From a virus, in the IMG/VR virus record IMGVR_UViG_3300036045_000005, positions 9,636-73,635 of that record: DNA of 64,000 nucleotides, one strand, 5' to 3'. Under the pieces are notes generated by a model. The model did no database searches and had not been told where the DNA came from. It was given only the letters and a program-made list of their open reading frames with translations. The position numbers were made by a program, and so were the translations under genes. Shown one piece after another: positions 9,645 through 18,765 of the stretch (position 1 is the stretch's first letter; every line of letters starts with the position of its first letter).

Positions 9645-9977
9645 ATGGCAAGCATGATCTTCGAGACGCTAAACGAATCCAACGAACAGGGCGAATTACT
9701 GCTGGTGGATGGGGGGATGTGTCACTTCCACCTGCGGCGTGATGGGCAACTGACCATTCGGGAAATCATTGTACAGCACGGCCGTCAGGGGCAGGGCATT
9801 GGCGCGGCGATGCTAACCCGACTGGCCTCTCTGCCAGGAGCGACCAACCTTTTTGCTAAATGCCCGGCTAACCTGCGGGCGAATGATTGGTACAAGAGAA
9901 TGGGCTTTGTTCTGGAAGGGCAGGAAACCACCAAGAACGGCCGTGTGCTGAACCTATGGCGACTGCAATTGAACTAA
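9645..9977 (+). CDS. GNAT-family N-acetyltransferase
   Basis: RQGQGIG acyl-CoA-binding motif A and AN.WY...GF motif B. Confidence 0.85.
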   Translation: MASMIFETLNESNEQGELLLVDGGMCHFHLRRDGQLTIREIIVQHGRQGQGIGAAMLTRLASLPGATNLFAKCPANLRANDWYKRMGFVLEGQETTKNGRVLNLWRLQLN

Positions 9978-10711
9978 TCTACTGCGGCGGTGGTAATCCG
10001 CGCTTTTATGAAATCGCCAGAGATGCAGGCTTTCTTTATGGCGCACAGTTGCCGGATACTGTCTATGGCCCCCTGCACTTTGCTGACCAGGATTGGAAGA
10101 AGCCCAACCGGGATGCTTATATGGCAGCTCTGGCGCAGCACCGTCCACACATGGCTTCGGTGCTGGATTGGGAGCAACCAGAGCAATTGTCCGAAGTCCT
10201 GGATTGGGCAGAGCAAGCCACCCAGTACGTTAATGTAATCATGCTCATCCCCAAAGTGGTTGGCGGTGTTGCCCGGTTGCCCCGTATGATAGGCGGCAAA
10301 GAGGTTCGCCTAGGCTACAGTGTACCAACCAATCACGGTGGCACGGCCGTACCAGTTTGGGAGTTTCATGGCTGGCCGGTACACCTGCTTGGCGGTAGTC
10401 CGCAAGAGCAGATGGCTCTTGCCGGTGGCTATCACCGGAAGCGGAAAGCGAACCAACGCGATTTATTCCGCTCTCACCTGCATGTAATCAGCGTCGACGG
10501 AAACATGATGCAAAAAATGGCGACGCGATTTTGTGCCTTTTGGGATAGCTCGAAAACATCGCTGCGTGGGTACTGGCCCACGATTCAGGAGTTTGACGGC
10601 CGTGCCTGGGGAGATGGTGGAGCCGGTGCTGATGCCCCCTATGAGGCGTTTCGTCGGTCATGCCTGAATATCATGCAGGCATGGAAGGAGATACAAGGGA
10701 GGCAAGCATGA
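9956..10711 (+). CDS. DUF6610-like protein, TGT/DpdA-like TIM barrel
   Basis: F.D.DW, LIPK, GYSVPT, VHLLGGSP and SVDG motifs; HLLG and S.D resemble transglycosylase C-terminal motifs. Confidence 0.6.
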   Translation: MATAIELIYCGGGNPRFYEIARDAGFLYGAQLPDTVYGPLHFADQDWKKPNRDAYMAALAQHRPHMASVLDWEQPEQLSEVLDWAEQATQYVNVIMLIPKVVGGVARLPRMIGGKEVRLGYSVPTNHGGTAVPVWEFHGWPVHLLGGSPQEQMALAGGYHRKRKANQRDLFRSHLHVISVDGNMMQKMATRFCAFWDSSKTSLRGYWPTIQEFDGRAWGDGGAGADAPYEAFRRSCLNIMQAWKEIQGRQA

Positions 10712-10932
10712 AGCCAACCAATACCATCTCCCTTCAATACGCCATGATCGCTGACGAACTTGGCTCGATCAAATTCCGACAGAAGCGAGCCTCTATTTTA
10801 GGTGAAAGGCTGCTTGCTGATGACGAATACGAGGCGGTGGTTGAGCATCTGCAAACCGAAATACAGCGTCTACGCGCTCTGGGCAATGGCCGTCCCTGGC
10901 CGCAGCAGATGAGTTTGTTTTTAGGAGCATGA
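10708..10932 (+). CDS. Hypothetical protein
   Basis: GGAGG RBS, ATGA coupling, ends QMSLF (clamp-binding-like). Confidence 0.55.
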   Translation: MKPTNTISLQYAMIADELGSIKFRQKRASILGERLLADDEYEAVVEHLQTEIQRLRALGNGRPWPQQMSLFLGA

Positions 10933-10933
10933 G

Positions 10934-11440
10934 ATGAAACACGAACCAGGAATGAAAGTTTTGATAATTGAAGATTGCAGACCGGACGGCAAGGCCGCTG
11001 GTCAAATCGGGACTTATGAAGGCGATCAGCCATATTCCGTTAATGTTTCGATCTATAGCGTAGATAGGGAGTTTGACTATAAATCGTTTATGAAGTGGAA
11101 CGATGAACAAGACAATCCGCTCCCGGCATTGGGCGATGTGAATTTTGATGATGACCCTTGCCCACAACCGGAAGGAAACGATCTCCACGCTGCTTTTGAA
11201 CACTTTGAAAAATGGACGGAGTGGGCTGAACGAAATAAATACAGAATGGCTTACTACGTGGTGCGGGAGAATCCACAGATCCACCTTGATGACGGGTCTG
11301 TGATTTGGGGTATTGAATGTTGGTGGACACCAGTAGATGGTGCCCCACCATTAGAAGAAGCACAGCGTCAAACCGAAGAAACCAAGAGCTTGTTCAGGAA
11401 ACTATTAGCGGGTGAGGGTGAGGAGGAGCGGTATGAGTAA
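10934..11440 (+). CDS. Hypothetical acidic phage protein
   Basis: NPQI.LDDG.VIWG.ECWW motif; AGGAG RBS. Confidence 0.65.
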   Translation: MKHEPGMKVLIIEDCRPDGKAAGQIGTYEGDQPYSVNVSIYSVDREFDYKSFMKWNDEQDNPLPALGDVNFDDDPCPQPEGNDLHAAFEHFEKWTEWAERNKYRMAYYVVRENPQIHLDDGSVIWGIECWWTPVDGAPPLEEAQRQTEETKSLFRKLLAGEGEEERYE

Positions 11441-11693
11441 GAAAAACCCCAACAAAACCAGATGGAAAAGGCCGCGCAATAGACCAGCCAAACGTCTGGC
11501 TGAGGCTGATGAGGAACAGGTGCGCCGTTGGCACAACTTGTATGCAATAGGCATGGGTATCCGTGAAGTGGCGGCTCGTGGCGGTGTCAACCCACAGGCT
11601 CTTATTGCCCGATTTCACGAACTTGGCTACGAAGTGCGGCCGGGAGGTGGTAGCCTGCTCCGCCGCTTTAACGAACAGGAGGAACGGCCGTGA
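11433..11693 (+). CDS. Putative HTH DNA-binding protein
   Basis: LY..GM.IREVA...GV....L...F...G helix-turn-helix pattern. Confidence 0.6.
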   Translation: MSKKNPNKTRWKRPRNRPAKRLAEADEEQVRRWHNLYAIGMGIREVAARGGVNPQALIARFHELGYEVRPGGGSLLRRFNEQEERP

Positions 11694-11998
11694 CTATCTA
11701 CGTAGGCGACTTATGCCAATACCCTACACGGCACGGCCGTTGGTGCCACATGATGACCGATCAGGACGATCTGACGGAGTTACATGAGATGGCAAAGCAG
11801 TTAGGCATCCGTGCCTTCTTCCGGTCTCACCGGCTGCACCCGCATTACGACCTGGTGGCCAGCAAACGGGAGCGGGCGATTACGTTGGGCGCGGTAGCGG
11901 TGAGCAGCGAGGAAATGGTGAAGAAGTGTAGCCGGTTATTCACCCATACTTTAGATGCCCTAAACCCTATACTGGAATCAGAGGGGGAACGGCCGTGA
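11690..11998 (+). CDS. DUF4031-domain protein
   Basis: WCHM..D....ELH.MA..LG, PHYDL..SKR..AI.LGA. Confidence 0.85.
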   Translation: MTIYVGDLCQYPTRHGRWCHMMTDQDDLTELHEMAKQLGIRAFFRSHRLHPHYDLVASKRERAITLGAVAVSSEEMVKKCSRLFTHTLDALNPILESEGERP

Positions 11999-12243
11999 AC
12001 GAGCAACAATTCATGATAACGCTGGGGCAGCGCATCAGGTACGCTCGTATGCGAGCCGGGCTAACTCAGCAAAAATTATCCAAGCGAGTCGGAGTATCAC
12101 GTGCCCAAATTACCAACATCGAGCGAGGCGTGGGCGGGGCCTCACTGTGGACGATTGCTCGGATTGCTGCGGGCTGCGAGATTGATTTACATACGTTGCT
12201 CAATCCCAGTGTTTTACCGCACAGAGAGGAGGAACGGCCGTGA
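11995..12243 (+). CDS. XRE/Cro-CI-type HTH regulator
   Basis: LGQRIR.AR...GLTQ..LS..VGVSR.QI.NIERG. Confidence 0.9.
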   Translation: MNEQQFMITLGQRIRYARMRAGLTQQKLSKRVGVSRAQITNIERGVGGASLWTIARIAAGCEIDLHTLLNPSVLPHREEERP

Positions 12244-12818
12244 GCTACACTATCATCTACGCCGATCCTCCCTGGGTATTCAATAACAAAAACACTGGCG
12301 GGTCTATGATTTCTGGTGCGTCGGCACAGTACAAAGTGATGTCGGCAAGTGACATTGCGCGTTTGCCAGTCGCCTCTATTGCGGCTGACAACAGTATCCT
12401 GTTCATGTGGTGGGTTGCCAGCCAGCCACAAGAAGCCCTAGATGTGGTGCGGGGGTGGGGGTTTACGCTAAAGACCATGACCGGCTTTGTCTGGAACAAA
12501 CAGACAAAAAACGGGTTGCCCTTCTTTGGCATGGGCTTCTATACCCGGCAAGGCAGCGAGAACTGCCTGATCGCCGTCCGGGGCAAGCCACAACGGATTG
12601 ATGCTAGTGTCCGCGCAGTGGTATCTGCTCCAGTGGGTAAACACTCAGAAAAGCCGGGCATCTTCCGTGAGCGGATTGTAGAACTGATGGGCGATGTTCC
12701 GAGAGTTGAATTGTTCGCCAGATGCAAACTGCCTGGCTGGGACGTTTGGGGAAACGAGGTGAGAAGCGACATCGAATTAGAGAAAGCTGTGCCAATTGCG
12801 CCGGGGTGGAAGGAATAA
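12240..12818 (+). CDS. MT-A70 family N6-adenine methyltransferase
   Basis: IYADPPW, LFMW, WGF, HSEKP, ELFAR, GWDVWGNE. Confidence 0.93.
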   Translation: MSYTIIYADPPWVFNNKNTGGSMISGASAQYKVMSASDIARLPVASIAADNSILFMWWVASQPQEALDVVRGWGFTLKTMTGFVWNKQTKNGLPFFGMGFYTRQGSENCLIAVRGKPQRIDASVRAVVSAPVGKHSEKPGIFRERIVELMGDVPRVELFARCKLPGWDVWGNEVRSDIELEKAVPIAPGWKE

Positions 12819-12888
12819 TGCCCCATTGCGCCAGAAAATTAAATATAATAAAATCAAACTAATTCAAAACCAGACTGTGAGGGAATCC

Positions 12889-13215
12889 ATGAACAAGAGA
12901 CATCTCCCCGCTCTGATCGCCTTTTTGATTCTGTTGTCGGTGACAACGGCCGTCGCTGCCAAAACTGTGCCCGGTAAGGCGCGGCAAATCACACAAACTG
13001 GTCGGTTAACGGTGGAAGTGATTGCCGGGCAAGATACGCTGACCGCCTTATCCCTATCTGGCTTTACAGAGCCGCCGGTGGTTGTTTGTGGCGGCACAGA
13101 CCAGGTAGTGTTGGTGATGTGCCAATCGCTGGGGTCGGACGTGGCCGGAGTGTGGGTGCGTTCGGTGGAGTTCACCGGGCAGATGACCATTAACTGGATT
13201 GCTGAGGGGGAGTAA
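12889..13215 (+). CDS. Secreted small protein, H-type lectin/gp53-C-like fold (moron-like)
   Basis: Signal-peptide-like N-terminus, F..PP.VV and NWIA.G motifs, own AT-rich promoter at about 12826-12858. Confidence 0.5.
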   Translation: MNKRHLPALIAFLILLSVTTAVAAKTVPGKARQITQTGRLTVEVIAGQDTLTALSLSGFTEPPVVVCGGTDQVVLVMCQSLGSDVAGVWVRSVEFTGQMTINWIAEGE

Positions 13216-13219
13216 CCAT

Positions 13220-13843
13220 ATGGATTACGAGATTACAAAGATCGGCCACCGTCTGACTATAAAGGTTATTGACATAGGTCTCGCGGGTAGAGAGACATTA
13301 CACGGGATCGTCTTGAACCCGACCGAACGGGGTGTTGACCGGTCTGTAGTTGAGAAGTATCTCCAATCCCTCATCAATCACATCACCTATGTCCGCGAGG
13401 CTGGCCTGCAAATAGGGGTCAACCCACAACAACTAGCAGAACATGATGCCTCTAAATTCTCCCTGCAGGAGTTTCCCCAATACGCCCGTCAATACGCAGG
13501 AGATAGCGGTGATCCAGACGGCTGGGCCAACGCCTGGCTGCACCATATCCACCACAACCCCCATCATTGGCAGTATTACATCTTCCCTGACGGCTACAGC
13601 CCGAAGGGGAGCAAGGTAGAGAATGGGGCCGTGCCAATGCCGCCCCACTTCGCCCTGGAAATGGTCGCTGATTGGATGGGCGCAAGTATGGCTTACACTG
13701 GTTCGTTCGATATGACCGACTGGCTGGTTAAAAACATGTCACGTATTCGCCTGCACAGCGAAACAGCCGATTTTGTGAACAACACCCTGGATATGCTGGG
13801 CTACGCCGATGTGGTGTGGATGCAACGGTGGGCAGGTGCATGA
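13220..13843 (+). CDS. DUF5662-like HD-domain phosphohydrolase
   Basis: HDASKFS..E, WLHH...NPHHWQY, EMVADW.GAS. Confidence 0.8.
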   Translation: MDYEITKIGHRLTIKVIDIGLAGRETLHGIVLNPTERGVDRSVVEKYLQSLINHITYVREAGLQIGVNPQQLAEHDASKFSLQEFPQYARQYAGDSGDPDGWANAWLHHIHHNPHHWQYYIFPDGYSPKGSKVENGAVPMPPHFALEMVADWMGASMAYTGSFDMTDWLVKNMSRIRLHSETADFVNNTLDMLGYADVVWMQRWAGA

Positions 13844-14250
13844 GCCGAACCTCTCCTCTCTTGACATGCCCTCATTGCGGGCAATCCATGAGGCGAACAG
13901 AACCGGAACTGACAACGGCCGCCAATCATCGCTATCGTTGTCAGTGCGGCCGTTTTTATGAATGGACACCAAGCGATTCTGCTACGGATAGTAACCGATT
14001 GATCCAGATTAACTATGTTTTTGACACCACAGGTACAGCCCACCAGGAGACCATGAAAGGACCTGGTTATAGACCACGAAACCATCCCTGCCATTTCCCT
14101 GTGGCAGCCCTGGGCGAGCCTGGCGGCGGTTGCTTGATGTGCAAAGAGTGGAAACAAAATGGATACGGCAAATGGCGGCCGTATGCTATGCGCTTTTCCG
14201 ATTACCGCCACAAAACAGCGGCAGCAGCACAGCAGGAGTATTGGCAGTGA
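13840..14250 (+). CDS. Zinc-ribbon hypothetical protein
   Basis: CPHC...CQCG and C...CLMC; ATGA-coupled. Confidence 0.55.
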   Translation: MSRTSPLLTCPHCGQSMRRTEPELTTAANHRYRCQCGRFYEWTPSDSATDSNRLIQINYVFDTTGTAHQETMKGPGYRPRNHPCHFPVAALGEPGGGCLMCKEWKQNGYGKWRPYAMRFSDYRHKTAAAAQQEYWQ

Positions 14251-14262
14251 CTTTGAGGCAAC

Positions 14263-14448
14263 ATGGTAAATTGTACCCAGGCGAGTGGCAACGGCCGTTC
14301 GCCTATCCCCGATAAACAAATGGAAAAAGAATTGATGCACTTGCGACGGCAACTCTCGAACATCGTCAAGCTGGCCATCCCGGCTCTTGAAAATGTTGAG
14401 GATTTGTTGCAATTGCCGGAAGATAAACGCATCAAAATCGAACGCTAA
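14263..14448 (+). CDS. Hypothetical protein immediately upstream of the late region
   Basis: 61-aa ORF with GAGG RBS. Confidence 0.5.
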   Translation: MVNCTQASGNGRSPIPDKQMEKELMHLRRQLSNIVKLAIPALENVEDLLQLPEDKRIKIER

Positions 14449-14473
14449 CGGCGCAGAGGACTGCGCTTAACTC

Positions 14474-14541
14474 GCCCCTCTCGTAATTGACAGCGGCACA
14501 TTTGATGGACAAATGTCCTGATGGTGTGCCGCTTTTTATTT
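14474..14541 (+). promoter_or_regulatory. Late-operon leader/attenuator element, copy 1
   Basis: GCCCCTCT-N7-GACAGCGGC, stem, GCCGC-TTTTT, upstream of terS. Confidence 0.7.
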
Positions 14542-14609
14542 GCCTTCGGATAGTGATATTTGCAGGCGAATGATACAGAAGGGACTTGTGAGACGCATAG
14601 GAGCGAGAC

Positions 14610-15194
14610 GTGGCACAGCAAAACACGGCCGCAAAAATCAAACTGGCAGAGCGTCGGCAAATGGCGGCGGATTTACGCAAGACCGGCCTCTCCTTCCAGG
14701 CCATTGCCGACATGATGAGCCAGAGCCTGGGCATCCCCTATAACAAGGCGATGGCTCACCGGGATGTGGTGCATGTGCTGGACGAACTGGTGGCGAAAAC
14801 GTCGGAGACGGCCGAACAGATTTTATCGCTTGAGTTGCTGCGCCTGGATGATTTAACAGCCGCCTGGTGGCCGACGGCTGTTGGGTTAAAGCCGTTGGTG
14901 GGGGTTGACCTGGCAGACCCGGAGGCGGTCAGGCGGTGGCTTGATGCCAACCGGGAAACGCTCGATAAGGACGCTGCCAAAATCATCCTGGATGTGATGG
15001 CACGGCGGGCCAAGATGCTGGGGCTGGATAAGGAGAATGTCAACCTGTTTACCCCTAAGCCTATCGTCATGGCTCATGCTGATTTAAGCGACGTTGAGGA
15101 AGATGACCTTGACCGTATCATCGCTAACCTACAAGCAGCAGTTGGCTTCCGCCCTGGTGGAGAAGCAACGGCGGACAACGCGGCCAGCAGTTAG
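14610..15194 (+). CDS. terS: Terminase small subunit (putative)
   Basis: N-terminal HTH (LRKTGLSFQAIAD), RLDDL, RRAKMLGLD; directly upstream of terL. Confidence 0.75.
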   Translation: MAQQNTAAKIKLAERRQMAADLRKTGLSFQAIADMMSQSLGIPYNKAMAHRDVVHVLDELVAKTSETAEQILSLELLRLDDLTAAWWPTAVGLKPLVGVDLADPEAVRRWLDANRETLDKDAAKIILDVMARRAKMLGLDKENVNLFTPKPIVMAHADLSDVEEDDLDRIIANLQAAVGFRPGGEATADNAASS

Positions 15195-16770
15195 TAGCCG
15201 TCACACCCCTGGCCTTGATCTACTCTCCTGGACGGCCGTCTATCGCCGCGCCTTAAAACCCGGTGTGCCATTTGATCTGGTCAGCTACCCCTACCAAGCC
15301 GCGCTCTATGCTTGCACTGCTCAACGGATGGTGGTGATGAAGTGTGCCCAGGAGGGTATTAGCGAGTATGCGGTGAGCTACGCCATTCATGGCTGTGATC
15401 AGCGACGGGCTACGGTGTTGTATGTTTTCCCCACTGATACGGCCGTCAGCGACTTTTCTTCTGCCCGCATTGGCCCGGCGATTGAAGCCTCCAGCTATCT
15501 GGCGCGGGTTGTGGTGGATGGGGCAGGCAAGGAGAAAAGCGGCGCAGACCGAATCACCCTCAAGCGGATTCGTGACAACTTCCTGTATCTGCGTGGTGGG
15601 CACGTCAAACCGAACGGTCAGGCCCCGCAATTGAAATCGGTGGATGCGGACATCATCGTCCTGGATGAGTGGGATGAGATGGACGGCCGTGCGCCAGCGA
15701 TAGCCCGCAAACGGTTGGGCCATAGTGCCATTGCTGAGGAGCGGGACATCAGCACCCCAACCTACGTTGGTCGGGGAATTCATGCTGAGTACCTGAAATC
15801 TGACCAGCGCGAATGGCACGTGCCTTGCCCCCATTGTGGCGAACGCCAGCCCATCACCATCAACCAGGTTGTGACGGAGTGGGATCAGCTGGAACGGCCG
15901 GTTGTCTGGCATGGGATGAAAGACGGCCGTGCCTTTGCTGCCTGCCGCAAGTGCGATGGGGAATTAGACCGCCTCGCTCCCGGAGAGTGGATTGCTGGCC
16001 AACCAGGTCAGCCAGTTGCAGGCTTCCACCTTTCCAAGTTGTTCAGTCCCACCGGAAACCTGGACGCGATAGTGGCGGGTTTGCAGGAGGTGGACGAGAC
16101 GAAGCGGCGGGAGACGGTAAACCAGGATTTGGGGCTACCTTACAAACCACGCGGGGCGAACATTACCGATGTGGTGCTTGATGAGTGTCGCCGCGATTAT
16201 GCCCATGGGCCGGTGCGGGGTGAGCGGCCGTTTATGGGAGTAGATGTGGGGCGGGTGCTGCATGTGGTCATTCGTGGGCCGCGTAATTCTGACGGTGAAC
16301 GGCCGCAACGGTTTGCCGGGCATGCGGATAGCTTTGAAGAAGTCGGTCGTCTCGTTCACCAATATAACGTGCAGACGGCCGTGATTGACGCTTTGCCGGA
16401 GACCCGTAAGGCGCGAGACTTGCAAGCCAGCTTCACAGACGGCCGTGTCTGGTTGGCTTATTACACTGGCAGCGACGTGGGCACAAAGAAAGTAGAACCG
16501 GCTGATTGGAACGGCCGTGAGGGAGTGGTTAGTCTGGATAGAACCCGAATGATGGACATGACCCTGGCGCGGTTTATCGGCGGTGCGCCAGAGAACACCC
16601 TGCCTGCCTATGCTACCGACATCCCAGATTACTACGCCCAACTGAAAGCCCCGGTGCGCCAATTGGAAGATGGTATTGCCCGCTACGTGGAGAACGGGCC
16701 GGATCACTTCGCCCATGCGGAGAATTACTGCACGGCCGCCGCCCTGCGCGAAAGCTGGCTGTCATGGTAG
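15103..16770 (+). CDS. terL: Terminase large subunit, lambda GpA-like
   Basis: PYQ, KCAQEGISE Walker A variant, VLDEWD Walker B, ISTPT, SDQREWHVPCPHCG zinc motif, MGVDVG nuclease, DH.AHAENY. Confidence 0.92.
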   Translation: MTLTVSSLTYKQQLASALVEKQRRTTRPAVSSRHTPGLDLLSWTAVYRRALKPGVPFDLVSYPYQAALYACTAQRMVVMKCAQEGISEYAVSYAIHGCDQRRATVLYVFPTDTAVSDFSSARIGPAIEASSYLARVVVDGAGKEKSGADRITLKRIRDNFLYLRGGHVKPNGQAPQLKSVDADIIVLDEWDEMDGRAPAIARKRLGHSAIAEERDISTPTYVGRGIHAEYLKSDQREWHVPCPHCGERQPITINQVVTEWDQLERPVVWHGMKDGRAFAACRKCDGELDRLAPGEWIAGQPGQPVAGFHLSKLFSPTGNLDAIVAGLQEVDETKRRETVNQDLGLPYKPRGANITDVVLDECRRDYAHGPVRGERPFMGVDVGRVLHVVIRGPRNSDGERPQRFAGHADSFEEVGRLVHQYNVQTAVIDALPETRKARDLQASFTDGRVWLAYYTGSDVGTKKVEPADWNGREGVVSLDRTRMMDMTLARFIGGAPENTLPAYATDIPDYYAQLKAPVRQLEDGIARYVENGPDHFAHAENYCTAAALRESWLSW

Positions 16771-16806
16771 GAGTGGCGGGGTGGGTGCAGCCCAAAGGAG
16801 AACATC

Positions 16807-17037
16807 ATGCAAATTAAACAGTGGGTTGAACAGAAGACAGAGCGTATTACGGCGAAGGCGAGTGAAGTGCAAAGACAGGTGGCGGCAGAGACGGCCGTTG
16901 CCCGTGCTTTGGGCATCTCCGTGCGCCAACTTCGCCGCCGAATCAATCGGGAAGCGGCGAACACGGTTAGAGCCACCAAACCAGAACCACATTTCCGGGC
17001 GGGGTTGGTGGCTCGCCAGAAGAAGGCGCGGCCATGA
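16807..17037 (+). CDS. Small basic HTH-like protein
   Basis: AAGGAG RBS; VARALGISVRQLRR. Confidence 0.55.
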   Translation: MQIKQWVEQKTERITAKASEVQRQVAAETAVARALGISVRQLRRRINREAANTVRATKPEPHFRAGLVARQKKARP

Positions 17038-17270
17038 ACCGCACAGATAACCGAGCGACAAGAGCGATTAACGTCAATGATTGGGATGCCTATATTGCCC
17101 AACGCAATGCGGCGCGGCGGCGTGGGCGAAGTTTGCCGGCCGTACTGCTCGGCGCATTAACGGGGTTTGCCAGTGCCATTGTTGGCCTGGCTTTTGTGTC
17201 GTTGTTATGGGAGGCAGCGGCATGGTTACGAGGATGCTATGAAGATAGCTTCGGGCCGCGACGGCCGTAA
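17034..17270 (+). CDS. Small membrane protein
   Basis: One hydrophobic segment; ATGA coupling. Confidence 0.5.
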   Translation: MNRTDNRATRAINVNDWDAYIAQRNAARRRGRSLPAVLLGALTGFASAIVGLAFVSLLWEAAAWLRGCYEDSFGPRRP

Positions 17271-18765
17271 ACTGAACGCTTACTTGTTGGATGGCGATGG
17301 CATGAAGGATATTCCTCTGACGGCCGTCTCTTCCAGCGACATTGAACGGTGGTTCCGCAATGGCACGACTACCGCCAAAGACCCGACACAGTATTACGAA
17401 CGGGTGGTGACGCTCTTTCGTTGCGTGGAGCATCGTGCTTCTTCGCTGGCCACCATGCCGCGCCAGATCGAAAGCGTGGAAACCGGGCAGAAGGTTGCTA
17501 CTGCCAATTTCCCCTCACCGCAATTTGATGACGACGGCAAGCCGTTGACTGAGGAAAACCTGCCCTTTGAGATTGACCTGGACGATCTGCTGTGGCGCAC
17601 GGAGTTAGCGCAATGTCTGTTGGCCGCATCCTACTGGCATGTGTTAAAGAATCGGGTGAAGGTGACGGAAGTACGCTGGTTAGACCCGCGCACTATCAGC
17701 CCTAATTACACCCGCTACAAAGGTCTGGTCAGTTTCGGCCGTACCGCCAACGGTATCAACAAAACGATTCCCGTGGAGGAGATGGCTTACGTCTGGCGGC
17801 CGGGCTTGCAGGAGTTGGGGCCAGGTGTTGCCCCTGGTCAGGTGGCGGCGCGGAAAGCGGGCATTGCCGATAACATGGACAGCTTCATCGAAATCTTCTT
17901 CGAGAAGGGGGCGATGCCGACGATGGTGGTGTTTGCCGAGACACGGCCGGAGGAGCCAGAGCGTAAGCGAATTAAGAGCTACCTGGAAAAGATCATGACG
18001 GGGATTGGTAACGCTTTTGGGATTGAAGTGCTGAATTCCTCGCTCAAATTCCAGACGCTCACCCCGCCGCTCAAGGACATGATCATCCCGAATATCGAGG
18101 ACAGTGCCCAGAAGGGTATTGTAGTGGCTTTGTTGGGTGGGGCGGGTTCGGCCGTTATCGGTGGTTCGGCGAATTTCGCAACGGCCGAAGTGGAAGACAT
18201 CAACTTTTACAACAAAATCATGATCCCGGAGGCAAACCTTATCTTCCAGAAGCTGAACAAAACCTTCTTCAAATCTCAGGGGTTGAGGCTGGTGGCCCGG
18301 CCAGACCTGCTGGAGGTTTTCCAGCGGCAGGAAAGCCGGAAGGTGCTGGATGCTACCCGCCTGTTTGACCGGGGAGCGATTACGGCCGATGAGCTGCGCC
18401 AGGCGGCGGGCTACCAACCGAGCACAGCGCAAGAGAAACAAGAGGCATTAACCGGGCTGGTGGATTTGGCTCAGGCTACCGAAACACAAACTGGTGCGCT
18501 CGGCGAAGCCGAGCGCACCAGGGAAAAAGAGCAGGAAGTACGCCGTTGGGAGCGTAAGGTACTTAAGCGTTTCCCAGATGTACCACCTTACGCCATCCCC
18601 TTTGCGCCAGAGCATTTGACCTCACAGGAAGCGATTGCCATTCGCCAGGCGTTGCTGACGGCGGGGACGGCGGAGGAGGTGAAGGCGGCGTTTGCTGCCC
18701 CCTTTCGCCCCGAAAGGCCCTTTCGCGTCCACGCTCGCGTTAAAAGCGGAAGTTCATCGGGATGA
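17239..18765 (+). CDS. Portal protein (HK97-type)
   Basis: FRCV..RA..LA..P, W.DP..I, FFEKGAMP, NFATA, IT.DELR...GY; follows terL. Confidence 0.9.
   Translation: MKIASGRDGRKLNAYLLDGDGMKDIPLTAVSSSDIERWFRNGTTTAKDPTQYYERVVTLFRCVEHRASSLATMPRQIESVETGQKVATANFPSPQFDDDGKPLTEENLPFEIDLDDLLWRTELAQCLLAASYWHVLKNRVKVTEVRWLDPRTISPNYTRYKGLVSFGRTANGINKTIPVEEMAYVWRPGLQELGPGVAPGQVAARKAGIADNMDSFIEIFFEKGAMPTMVVFAETRPEEPERKRIKSYLEKIMTGIGNAFGIEVLNSSLKFQTLTPPLKDMIIPNIEDSAQKGIVVALLGGAGSAVIGGSANFATAEVEDINFYNKIMIPEANLIFQKLNKTFFKSQGLRLVARPDLLEVFQRQESRKVLDATRLFDRGAITADELRQAAGYQPSTAQEKQEALTGLVDLAQATETQTGALGEAERTREKEQEVRRWERKVLKRFPDVPPYAIPFAPEHLTSQEAIAIRQALLTAGTAEEVKAAFAAPFRPERPFRVHARVKSGSSSG

Noticed and set aside
14448-14610. 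cos site for the GpA-like terminase
   Set aside because: Plausible by position, but no cosN symmetry or R-type repeats could be identified.
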